A DNA stretch of 54,241 nucleotides from a virus (lineage: Duplodnaviria; Caudoviricetes). The stretch spans positions 1 through 54,241 of the IMG/VR virus record IMGVR_UViG_3300021961_000134; one strand, written 5' to 3'. The notes beneath the pieces were generated by a model. That model was not told the origin of the DNA. It was given only the letters and a program-made list of their open reading frames with translations, and did no database searches. Positions 9,493 through 19,116 of this stretch are shown piece by piece. Position 1 is the stretch's first letter. Each line of letters begins with the position of its first letter. The position numbers and the translations under genes are program-made.

Positions 9493-10044
9493 TTGTTGCA
9501 GCCTGCTCTTTCTTCAATTGTTCTAATGCAACTAAAGCTCCAACATATGCTGTGACTTCCATAATAGATTTAGCTTTTCTAATTTGAGATTTAACTTCTC
9601 TATTTTGAGCATCAGCTACAATAGGAATTTCAAATGCTTCAATCTTAGCTTGGAAAAGATCTTCTTGTTTACGCTTAGTATCCATTTCCTTCATTTCATC
9701 TTCTTCACGCTTACGTAGACGATTGATCTTATTGATTTCTCGTTTAGTAGCGTCATTAATTTGATCTTCAGTAAATGTTTTCTTTACCCAGAACCAAGCA
9801 GCAGCATGCTGCTGAGATTTATCTATTGTATGATTCTGAACTGAGTTATCAGGCATTCTTAAAAAGAATGTGATTAGGTTTCGAGCATCATTACCATAAA
9901 ATGCGTAAATTAATTCACCGTCACCAAAAGGATATTCTGGTTGTTTTTGTTCTTCTTCAGCCACTTTTAATTCACTCCTTTTCTTCAAAACGTCATCTTT
10001 AGACATACTAACTATATTATCTCTATTATTAGCTAACTGCTCCA
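9482..10044 (-). CDS. Hypothetical protein with a coiled-coil C-terminus (start uncertain: 10228, 10177, 10044 or 10006)
   Basis: The ORF is open from 10228, but 10073-10206 forms strong RNA hairpins, so a downstream start is plausible. It sits directly after the giant gene, so it may be an assembly partner (inference). Confidence 0.65.
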
Positions 10045-10072
10045 TCAAAATAGTTTCTTTAGTAGATGATTC

Positions 10073-10206
10073 ATCGTGAGGAAGGCCAGATCCTTCGATC
10101 TCCTTCCTCCCACGATTTACTCTATAGTCGAGGGAACGGTTGGCCTGATCTGCTTCAGTGCCAACGTCTTCAAGCATTACTTTAAATCCGTGATCTTCAG
10201 GATTTA
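10073..10206 (-). other. Three consecutive RNA stem-loops downstream of the giant gene stop codon
   Basis: Inverted repeats at 10183-10206 (TAAATCC/GGATTTA), 10136-10167 (TTGGC..CTGA/TCAG..GCCAA) and 10073-10116 (ATCGT, GAGGAAGG and AGATC arms). The region is locally GC-rich. Confidence 0.7.
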
Positions 10207-10209
10207 TCT

Positions 10210-13200
10210 CTAAGCTACTCTCACCCATAATGTATAACTATCCTCTTCACCAGCACCATAACTACCTGCATACGTATTTATATATGCCTTTTGATAAGTT
10301 GCATCATATCCTCTATTGAAAACACCTACGTAAGTGTTTTCAAAGTATCCTGTAAACACACCACTGTATGTCGTAGTATATGTTTTAGTGTACGTATATT
10401 CACCTTCGTATGTCTTAGTCCATATCTTGGTAAAGTCACCTGAATCTAATGTATATGTTTTAATATAATCTGTTACGAAATTTGTGCTGTATACTTTATT
10501 ATATTCTTTAACATAATTAGTATCTAATTGATATGAATTTTGATATACTGTTGTCCAGTTCTTAGCGTAAGTAGCTTCATATGATTTTTCATAATCCGTA
10601 TCACCAACATATACTTTATCCCAGTTGCCTATGTAAACTTTTTCCCACGTCTTATCATATGATTTATCAAAATTTACACCGCCTGCATAATCTTTACTAT
10701 AAGTCTTTACAAAGTCATGGTCAACGAGAGTTGTGTATGTTTTAGTGTAATCGAATTCTTTATTGTATACTTTCTCCCATGTCTTCTCGTAATCTTTGTT
10801 CCATACTTTGTCGTATGCAGCCTCGAAGTTTACAGGAGACGAATATGTACCAGTCCAATCTTGCTGATATAACTTTTGCCAATCTTTTAAGAAAGCCCCT
10901 GTATAGGTTTTTGAGAAAGGCTGATCAGATGAATAACCTCCATCGTAAGATTTTTCATAATCTTTATTCCATACCTTAGAATATGTTTTTACAAAATCTA
11001 CGTCGCTTACATATTCACCAATATAAGTTTTTTCCCATGCCTTTTCGTATTCCTTAGTATATGTTTTATCAAATGAGTGAACTGATGTGTAAGTTGCGAT
11101 ATAATCAAAAGCAAAGTTGGCTGAATACGAAGCTTCATATCCAGTAGAATAATCCATATAACCTTCATATGTTGCTTCATAATCTTTAGACCAAGTACCT
11201 TCATATGTACCTTGCCATAATTTTGAGTAATCTACATCACTAACATATTCACCAAGATATAATTTATTGTATTGACCGACATACAATTTATTCCAACCAC
11301 GCTCAAAGTTTACATCGCCAACGTATTGACCAGAATAATCAGTACTATAGGTCGCAACGTATTCTTTATTATATGCTCCAATGTACCCTACTTCACCAGA
11401 CCATGCTTTGTCATAAGCTGCTATATACTCAGCTTGATAATCCTTTGCATAACTTCCAGTATAGTCACCTGAGTAATCTTTTTGGAAGTTGGATTCATAA
11501 GAAGCCACGTATGTTTTTGTCCAATCACCAACATATAACCCAGCAAAATCTCCTTCATAATTTCCAGAGAATGATCCGGAATAATTTCCTACGTACGTAC
11601 CTTCATAGTCTTTTGAGAATCCGCCTGAATATTCACCCTCAAAGTTTTGAGAATATACACCCATCCAAGCTCTATCATATGTCTTTACATAATCTGTTTC
11701 ATAACTTTTTATGTAATCTCCAACATATGTTCCTTCGAATAACGATGAGTATGTACCTTGGTAAGTAGTTGTCCAGTTCTTTGCAAAGTCACCTTCATAT
11801 GTGCCAGCATATAATTTAGAAAATTCTCCTGTGTATACTCCAGCAAAATCATGTGACCATAATTTGTTGTATGTATGCTGATATTCTTTAGCATATTCTT
11901 TTTGGAAATGTCCAACATACGTACCTTCAAAATCTTTAGACCAAATTGTGGTGTAAGCAGCACCATATTCTTTAGTAAATGATTTTTCATATGTCTTTAA
12001 ATATTCTTTTATATACTCTCCAGTATAATCACCGTCATATGATCCTGTATAATCTACAGAATATGTTTTTTCATATCCGCGATCGTAAGCGTGGAGATAT
12101 TCTCCTTGATAAGTTCCTTCAAACAGTGATGAAAACTGACTGCTATATGTTCCTTCATATTCTTTTACATAAGTTCCATCATATTGTTTAACATAATCTT
12201 TGTTAAACTGACCAGAATATGACTTTTGATATAGACCCAAGAAATTGGATGAATATGTTTTGTTCCAATCACCTATATAATCTTTGTTGTAGTCACCTTC
12301 ATAGGTTCCTTCAAACAAAGAGGCAAAAGAAGATTCATAGTTGCCAAGGTATGTTTTAGTATAAGTACCACTCCATTCATGAACATATACTTTGTTCCAA
12401 TCCTTAGAATATGCTTTTACATAGTCACCTTCATACGTACCTTCAAACAATGACGAGAATGTTTGATCGTAGGACCCTTCATATTCTTTAATGTATATTC
12501 CAGACCAATCTTGCGAATAAGTTTTTACCCAGTTCTTAGTATACGCTTTTACATAATCGCCTTCATAAGTACCTTCCCACATCTTTTGATAGAGAGCAAG
12601 ATATGTACCTTCATATGTTTTAGTATATGCACCTTGATAGGTTTTTTCATATGTTTTTTCGAACCCACCAATGTATGTCTTTTCATATTCACCAGACCAG
12701 TCTTGAGAATAGGTTTTTGTCCATTCTTTTTGATACAGACCTGCATACTCTTTAGTGTAGTCACCATCATATGTTTTAGTATAGATACCAGAATATGTTC
12801 CTTGATACTCTTTAATGTATGCTTCAACATAATCTTTAACGTATGTACCAGAATATTCTTTTACATATACGCCCTCATACTCATTTGCATATAGAGCAGT
12901 ATATGTTTTTTCATATGTCTTGTCGTAATCTTTAGCAAAGTCTGAACTGTATACACCTTCATATGCGCCTTGATACAAAGTTGTGTAAGTCTTTTCGTAG
13001 TTCTTGTCCCAGCTTCTTTCAAAGTTTTTATTAAATATACCAGTATAGTTTCCTGAGTAATCACCTACGTAAGTTTTTACATAATCTTTAGCCCACAGGC
13101 GAGTCCACAATCTATCATACGAACCTTCATAGGTACCTTCATATGTTGTATCATAATTCTTTAAATAGTTCTTATTCCAGTTGTGAGTGTACACACCTGT

Positions 13201-16200
13201 GTACGTACCTTCATATGCACCTTCCCAGTTCTTTGTGTAAGTTCCGACATAATCTTTTACCCAAGTATTATTAAATACACCAGTATATTGACCCGTGTAG
13301 TTACCAGCCCATGCTTTATTATAGAGAGTAGTATATGTCTTTTCCCACGTATTGGCAAAGTAACCAGTGTATACACCTGAGTAAACGCCAGTATAAGCGC
13401 CTTGATACAACTTAGCATACAGCTTTTCCCAGTTATGTGTATATACGCCAGTATAGTTACCTGAATAATCTCCAGCATATTCGTTCGCATAATTTTTAAT
13501 ATAGTTAGCTGTATAGTTACCGGTAAAGTATCCAGTATATGTTCCATCATAATAACCAGTATACACACCAGTATAATCACCAGAATATGCAGCTTGATAT
13601 GTCTTAACGTAATCCTTGTTCCAGATTCTTACCCAGTTCTTTGTATAATTGCCTGTATAGTAACCTGTATATACACCGGTGTAATCGCCAGCCCAGTTCT
13701 TAATATAGTTACCAGTGTAGAAATTTTGATAGTACCTTCCAAAGTAACCTGTGTATGTTCCATCATAATAACCAGTATACACACCAGTATAAGCACCAGC
13801 CCAAACCTTAGCATAGGTCTTTACATAGTTTGCTGCAAAGTAGCCTGTGTATGTACCAGTGTATACACCGGTGTAAGCACCAGCCCAAGCCTTCGCATAT
13901 GTTTTGTCGTAATTGTTACCAAAGTAACCTGTGTATGTACCAGTGTATACACCAGCCCAAGCCCTAGACCAAACCCTTACATAATCCTTGTTGTACGTGT
14001 TATTATATGTTCCAGTATAGTAACCAGTATATGCTCCAGAGAAGTTTCTTGCATAGTTGGCCCCGTAGTAGTTAGGATAGTATCTACCAAAATATCCTGT
14101 ATAGGTTCCCGTATAGTATCCAGTATAGGCACCGCTGTAAACACCAGCCCACGCTCTTACCCAAGCTCTTACATAGTTCTTACTATAGTTTCCTGTAAAA
14201 GTTTTAGCCCAAGCCCTTGAATAAATTTTAGCATAACTATTTGCAAAGGTCGTATTTCCACTAAAGAATCCTGTAAAATAACTAGTCCCTTGATAATAAT
14301 TTGGATTAAGGTATCCAGCATAGTAAATGTTACCGTAGTACATTGTTCTACCATAGTTACCAGAATAACTTCTTCGGTAATTTGGAGAGAGGAATCCACC
14401 GTAGTAAATATTACCGTAGTATAATGGACCTAGCCATGTCTTTGCCCAGTTTTTAGTATAGTTAGCAGTAAAGTATCCAGTGTATACACCTGTCCACACT
14501 CTGACATAATCTTTGTTGTATGTTCGGTTATAATATCCTGTATAAAATCCAGTATAATATCCAGTATAAGCTCCAGAATAGTTACCAGCCCAGTTCTTTA
14601 AATAATCCTTTTGCCATACCTTAGCAAAGTTGCCTGTATAGGTTCCAGTGTAGTATCCTGTGTAAACGCCTGTCCAAGCCTTTACATATCCCTTAACATA
14701 ATTCTTACTATAGTTACCGGTATAGTATCCAGTATATGCACCTGTATATGCACCAGCCCAAGCCTTAGCATAGGTCTTTACATAGTTAGCAGCATAATAC
14801 CCAGTATAGGTACCAGTGTATACACCGGTGTAAGCACCTTCCCATGCCTTAGCATATGTTTTGTTATAATTGTTACCATAGTATCCGGTATATACACCTT
14901 CATAGTTACCTACATACGTACCGGTATATGCACCAGCCCAGTTCTTTAAATAATCTTTTGTCCAAGTTTTTGCATAGGTGTTGGCAAAGTATCCTGTGTA
15001 AACACCGGTATAGTTACCCGCATATACGCCAGTGTATACATTATCATAAGAAGCATCGTACGATTTAACATAGTTTTTTGACCAGTTGTGTAAGAAAGTA
15101 CCAGTATACACACCAGTATAGTTACCTACATACGTACCGGTATATGCTCCTTCCCAAGCCTTTGACCAAACTCTGTTCCATATTCTAGCCCAAGAGTTTG
15201 CAAAATATCCTGTAAACGTACCTGTGTAAACACCAGTATAGGCACCTTGCCACAATCGCGACCAGTCTCTTCCCCAGTTTTTGGTATACACCCCAGTGTA
15301 GGTACCTTCATATGCTCCAGCATATGTTGTATCGTAATTCTTATTCCAGTCTTTAGAATAATCAGCTGAAAAGTATCCAGTAAACACACCAACGTAGTCA
15401 CCAGAATACGTTTTGTCGTAATTCTTTAGCCAATTTTTGGAATAGTTGTCAACATAATAACCTGTAAAAACTCCTGTATAATCACCGCTATAATCACCAA
15501 CATAAGTCTTTACGTAATCTTTGACCCATGTGTGAGCAAAGTATCCAGTATAGATACCTGAATATTCATTTGCATAAACTGCTTCATAATGCTTTTCGTA
15601 ATTTTTATCCCAGTTTTTCTGATAGACACCGGTGTATGTACCTGCGAAGTTACCTTCGTAGTTTGTTAGATAAGACTTGACATAGTCTTTGTTCCAAACC
15701 TTTTCCCAGTTTTGATTATAAACACCAACAAAATCACCAGTATAGTGTTTGGTATATGTCTTAACATAATCTTTATTCCAGTCCCTTGACCATTCCCCTT
15801 GATAAAGACCAGCGTATTCTTTGTTGTATGTACCAGTATAAGACTTTACATATGCATGCTCGTATGCAGCTTTATAAGTTGTAGTGTAGGTTCCCTCATA
15901 GGCGCCTTCGTATTCTTTATTGTATTGGCCAACATATAATCTGTTATAGATACCTTCGTAATGTGCTTCGTAAGCCTTATTATAATCGCCCGTGTAAGTA
16001 CCTTCGTAGTGTTTACTAAAGTCACCAGAATAATCCTTTACATAATCTTTGTTGTATTCACCGAGGTACGTTGTATCAAACGTACCTGTCCAAGCTCCAA
16101 TATAGTCCCCTTCATAAGTTCCGGACCACAGCTGAGAATAGGTTTTATTGTATATTGTTACATAATCTTTATTGTAATCGCCAATATACGTACCTTCATA

Positions 16201-19107
16201 ATCGCCTTGGTAGATACCAGCAAAAGCTCCAGTAAAGTCGCCTTCATAATTGCCCGCCCAAAGATGAGAATATGTTTTGTTGTATTCTGTGGTATATGTT
16301 TTAGTATAATCGCCTGCATATCTTCCAATGTAAGCCTTATCATATGACCCAATAAACAGACCTACGAAATCTCCCTCATAGTTACCTGCCCACAATGTTG
16401 AGTAAGTTTTTTCATAAGTTTTGGAATACGTCTTTACGAAATCACCTTCGTATGACCCTTCATAATCTTTTGCAAAATCACTGCTATATGTTGCTTCATA
16501 TGCTCTTAAATATGTACCAGTATAATCACCTACATATATTCCAGAGAAGTCACCAGTGAAGTCTCCTTCGTAGGTTCCAGCCCAAAGATGGGAATACGTT
16601 TTAATATAATCCTTAGAATATGTCTTATTGTAATCGCCTTCATATGTTCCTTCATAAGACTTGGAATATGAACCTTCATAGTGACCAAGATAAGTTTTTA
16701 TAAAACCGCCAATGTAATCCGTGTTGTAAGAAGTTCCATAACTTGCAGAAAAATGTCCTGTATAATTACCAGAAAAATCCCCACCATACAATTTATTGTA
16801 GTTATGCGAATAATCTTTTTGATATGCTGCTGCAAATTGACCGGTATATAATCCTATAAAATCTCCAGACCACGTACCTTCATATGTACCTTCAAAATCT
16901 TTTGCATATATTGTTGTCCAGGTTTTAACATATTCACCAGTGAAATCGCCTTCGTAATTTCCAGCCCAATCTGTAGAATAGGTCTTGTCATAATTTTTTG
17001 TATAGGTTTTTAAATATTCACCTGTGTAAAAACCAGAGAATTGACCAGTGTATTCACCTAAGAACTGGCCACTGTATTCCCTATTGTATATACCTAGCCA
17101 ATCTCGTGAAAATGTTTGACTATAGACACCTTCGAAATTCTGACTGTATATGCCCTCATAATTAGTTGAATAAACTTTGTTCCAATCTTTAGCAAACGCC
17201 CCAGCATATTGTACCTCTACTATTCTATTATATGTTTTATCATATGTTTTTTCGTAGTCTTTATTCCAGGATTTCTCATATGTTCCAACAAAATCTACTG
17301 GAGAAGAATAAACACCTAAGTATGTTTTAACATAATCTTTATTCCAGTCACCAACATACGTGCCTTCAAAAGCAACTGGACCAGCATACAATGTTGAATA
17401 TGTTTTAACATAGTCACCATCATAAGTTTTTTCATAATCGCCCTGGAATGTTACTGCTGATGTATATGTTGCTTCGTAATCACCAGCGTATAACGTATTG
17501 TATTCTTTAGCATAAAGTTGTGAATATTCTAATGGACCATGATAAGCTTCACCCCAATCCTTTGAAAATGAGCCTTCGTAAGTTGCTTCATATGCTTTAT
17601 CAAAAGAATGAACTGATGTGTATGTTTTAACATAATCATATTGATATTGAGTATTGTAATCTGTCTTGTATTCTCCTGCAAAGGTAACAGCAGAAGTATA
17701 TGTTTTTTCATAATCAGTATTATATGTAGCTTCCCAATTTCTTAAATAAGTTCCAACAAACTCTACTTGTCCGAGATATGTTTTAGTGAAGTTCTTTTCG
17801 TATGATGCACCATAATCTTTAACATAATCTCCAGTATATGATCCATCGTAGCCTACTTCACCTGCCCATTGTTTGTTGTATAAAGTAGTATAAGTTTTTT
17901 GATATAGGGTACTGTAATCTGCAGCATATCCTGTTGTTCCAACATAAATCGTACTCCATTCTTTGGCATACGATCCTGTGTATGTTGTTAAATAAATTTG
18001 TTCAAAGTTCACATCGCCCTGGTAGGTTTTAATATAATCAGCTGACCAAAGTTTAGCGTAATCCCCACCATAATGTTTTATATAATCTGTTTCTAAATTA
18101 TATGCTTTAATATAATCTTTATTGTAATCAGCACTATAGGTTTTTGTCCAATCGCCAGTATAGTATTGATCTAACACATATGTCTTTAAATAATCTTTAG
18201 AAAAATTACCTTCGTATGATTGATCATATGCTTTCAAGTAGTGCTGGTCAGTTCTAGAATATACAGTTTCATAATCAGTAGAATAAGATTCTAATGCAAG
18301 ATAGCTTTTACTCCAAATTCTATCGTATGTACCTGTGTATTGACCAATCCAGTTGGTAGTATAAGAGCCTTCGTATTCTTTAGTAAAAGATAAAGCATAA
18401 TCGTCTACATAATCTTTAGCCCATGTTTTACTATAAGTTGTAGCTCCAATATCTCTAACTGTACCTCTCGCTTCCCATGTACCAACGACAGGAGCAGATG
18501 CACCAATGAAATATTGACCTACACCGGTATCCACAATCCTCTGTCTAAGTCTTTCAGTAAAGAACGATTGTATTTGGGTATTAGTAAATTGTTTAAGCGT
18601 ATTGTCGTCTGATATTAATAGAGGATAAATTGCTGTTGCTGACGAAGAGTTGGATGTTCTTCTTCTTAAATAATAAGTAGTACCACCAGACTCGTTTATA
18701 GTATTGATAGTTGTATATAATGTGTTTGAACTATCACTGGTTAAAATATATGATCCTATACCATTAGACACCATGTTAGATATCATTGTGTCTACTAGGC
18801 TATTAAGAGTAGATGTATTAGCTTCTTCGATAGTAGTGTTAAAAACTACATAACCAGATACATCAGAAGTATTAGCAGTAGAAGATAAGTTCTGAGTTAG
18901 CGACGAATTAGTGCCACCAACATCTACTAGTATACCAGCATTTGATCCTAAATCTGTAGAAAAACTAATTGCACCAGCTAATGTATTATTAGATGCAAAA
19001 CTAGTTAAAGTTTGCTCAATAATATGATTCAATTCTATGGATGGCATTTCTTGCAATGCAATCCAACTTCCACCACCCGTTGTTTTAATTTTTAGTGGAT
19101 TGGCCAT
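10210..19107 (-). CDS. Giant Tyr-periodic repeat protein (2965 aa), putative fold-back virion fibre
   Basis: About 225 aa of non-repetitive N-terminus, then ~2730 aa with Y/F/W at every fourth position, and a short C-terminal SYTLWVRVA. An AAGGA RBS is upstream; it lies in the tail/fibre region. Confidence 0.85.
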   Translation of the reverse strand: MANPLKIKTTGGGSWIALQEMPSIELNHIIEQTLTSFASNNTLAGAISFSTDLGSNAGILVDVGGTNSSLTQNLSSTANTSDVSGYVVFNTTIEEANTSTLNSLVDTMISNMVSNGIGSYILTSDSSNTLYTTINTINESGGTTYYLRRRTSNSSSATAIYPLLISDDNTLKQFTNTQIQSFFTERLRQRIVDTGVGQYFIGASAPVVGTWEARGTVRDIGATTYSKTWAKDYVDDYALSFTKEYEGSYTTNWIGQYTGTYDRIWSKSYLALESYSTDYETVYSRTDQHYLKAYDQSYEGNFSKDYLKTYVLDQYYTGDWTKTYSADYNKDYIKAYNLETDYIKHYGGDYAKLWSADYIKTYQGDVNFEQIYLTTYTGSYAKEWSTIYVGTTGYAADYSTLYQKTYTTLYNKQWAGEVGYDGSYTGDYVKDYGASYEKNFTKTYLGQVEFVGTYLRNWEATYNTDYEKTYTSAVTFAGEYKTDYNTQYQYDYVKTYTSVHSFDKAYEATYEGSFSKDWGEAYHGPLEYSQLYAKEYNTLYAGDYEATYTSAVTFQGDYEKTYDGDYVKTYSTLYAGPVAFEGTYVGDWNKDYVKTYLGVYSSPVDFVGTYEKSWNKDYEKTYDKTYNRIVEVQYAGAFAKDWNKVYSTNYEGIYSQNFEGVYSQTFSRDWLGIYNREYSGQFLGEYTGQFSGFYTGEYLKTYTKNYDKTYSTDWAGNYEGDFTGEYVKTWTTIYAKDFEGTYEGTWSGDFIGLYTGQFAAAYQKDYSHNYNKLYGGDFSGNYTGHFSASYGTSYNTDYIGGFIKTYLGHYEGSYSKSYEGTYEGDYNKTYSKDYIKTYSHLWAGTYEGDFTGDFSGIYVGDYTGTYLRAYEATYSSDFAKDYEGSYEGDFVKTYSKTYEKTYSTLWAGNYEGDFVGLFIGSYDKAYIGRYAGDYTKTYTTEYNKTYSHLWAGNYEGDFTGAFAGIYQGDYEGTYIGDYNKDYVTIYNKTYSQLWSGTYEGDYIGAWTGTFDTTYLGEYNKDYVKDYSGDFSKHYEGTYTGDYNKAYEAHYEGIYNRLYVGQYNKEYEGAYEGTYTTTYKAAYEHAYVKSYTGTYNKEYAGLYQGEWSRDWNKDYVKTYTKHYTGDFVGVYNQNWEKVWNKDYVKSYLTNYEGNFAGTYTGVYQKNWDKNYEKHYEAVYANEYSGIYTGYFAHTWVKDYVKTYVGDYSGDYTGVFTGYYVDNYSKNWLKNYDKTYSGDYVGVFTGYFSADYSKDWNKNYDTTYAGAYEGTYTGVYTKNWGRDWSRLWQGAYTGVYTGTFTGYFANSWARIWNRVWSKAWEGAYTGTYVGNYTGVYTGTFLHNWSKNYVKSYDASYDNVYTGVYAGNYTGVYTGYFANTYAKTWTKDYLKNWAGAYTGTYVGNYEGVYTGYYGNNYNKTYAKAWEGAYTGVYTGTYTGYYAANYVKTYAKAWAGAYTGAYTGYYTGNYSKNYVKGYVKAWTGVYTGYYTGTYTGNFAKVWQKDYLKNWAGNYSGAYTGYYTGFYTGYYNRTYNKDYVRVWTGVYTGYFTANYTKNWAKTWLGPLYYGNIYYGGFLSPNYRRSYSGNYGRTMYYGNIYYAGYLNPNYYQGTSYFTGFFSGNTTFANSYAKIYSRAWAKTFTGNYSKNYVRAWVRAWAGVYSGAYTGYYTGTYTGYFGRYYPNYYGANYARNFSGAYTGYYTGTYNNTYNKDYVRVWSRAWAGVYTGTYTGYFGNNYDKTYAKAWAGAYTGVYTGTYTGYFAANYVKTYAKVWAGAYTGVYTGYYDGTYTGYFGRYYQNFYTGNYIKNWAGDYTGVYTGYYTGNYTKNWVRIWNKDYVKTYQAAYSGDYTGVYTGYYDGTYTGYFTGNYTANYIKNYANEYAGDYSGNYTGVYTHNWEKLYAKLYQGAYTGVYSGVYTGYFANTWEKTYTTLYNKAWAGNYTGQYTGVFNNTWVKDYVGTYTKNWEGAYEGTYTGVYTHNWNKNYLKNYDTTYEGTYEGSYDRLWTRLWAKDYVKTYVGDYSGNYTGIFNKNFERSWDKNYEKTYTTLYQGAYEGVYSSDFAKDYDKTYEKTYTALYANEYEGVYVKEYSGTYVKDYVEAYIKEYQGTYSGIYTKTYDGDYTKEYAGLYQKEWTKTYSQDWSGEYEKTYIGGFEKTYEKTYQGAYTKTYEGTYLALYQKMWEGTYEGDYVKAYTKNWVKTYSQDWSGIYIKEYEGSYDQTFSSLFEGTYEGDYVKAYSKDWNKVYVHEWSGTYTKTYLGNYESSFASLFEGTYEGDYNKDYIGDWNKTYSSNFLGLYQKSYSGQFNKDYVKQYDGTYVKEYEGTYSSQFSSLFEGTYQGEYLHAYDRGYEKTYSVDYTGSYDGDYTGEYIKEYLKTYEKSFTKEYGAAYTTIWSKDFEGTYVGHFQKEYAKEYQHTYNKLWSHDFAGVYTGEFSKLYAGTYEGDFAKNWTTTYQGTYSSLFEGTYVGDYIKSYETDYVKTYDRAWMGVYSQNFEGEYSGGFSKDYEGTYVGNYSGSFSGNYEGDFAGLYVGDWTKTYVASYESNFQKDYSGDYTGSYAKDYQAEYIAAYDKAWSGEVGYIGAYNKEYVATYSTDYSGQYVGDVNFERGWNKLYVGQYNKLYLGEYVSDVDYSKLWQGTYEGTWSKDYEATYEGYMDYSTGYEASYSANFAFDYIATYTSVHSFDKTYTKEYEKAWEKTYIGEYVSDVDFVKTYSKVWNKDYEKSYDGGYSSDQPFSKTYTGAFLKDWQKLYQQDWTGTYSSPVNFEAAYDKVWNKDYEKTWEKVYNKEFDYTKTYTTLVDHDFVKTYSKDYAGGVNFDKSYDKTWEKVYIGNWDKVYVGDTDYEKSYEATYAKNWTTVYQNSYQLDTNYVKEYNKVYSTNFVTDYIKTYTLDSGDFTKIWTKTYEGEYTYTKTYTTTYSGVFTGYFENTYVGVFNRGYDATYQKAYINTYAGSYGAGEEDSYTLWVRVA

Positions 19108-19116
19108 TAATATTCC

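Noticed and set aside
10204-10212. Stop-codon readthrough or TAG recoding at the end of the 2965-aa gene
   Set aside because: TAG is followed by AGA TAA, so readthrough adds almost nothing. Core genes translate fully in the standard code.
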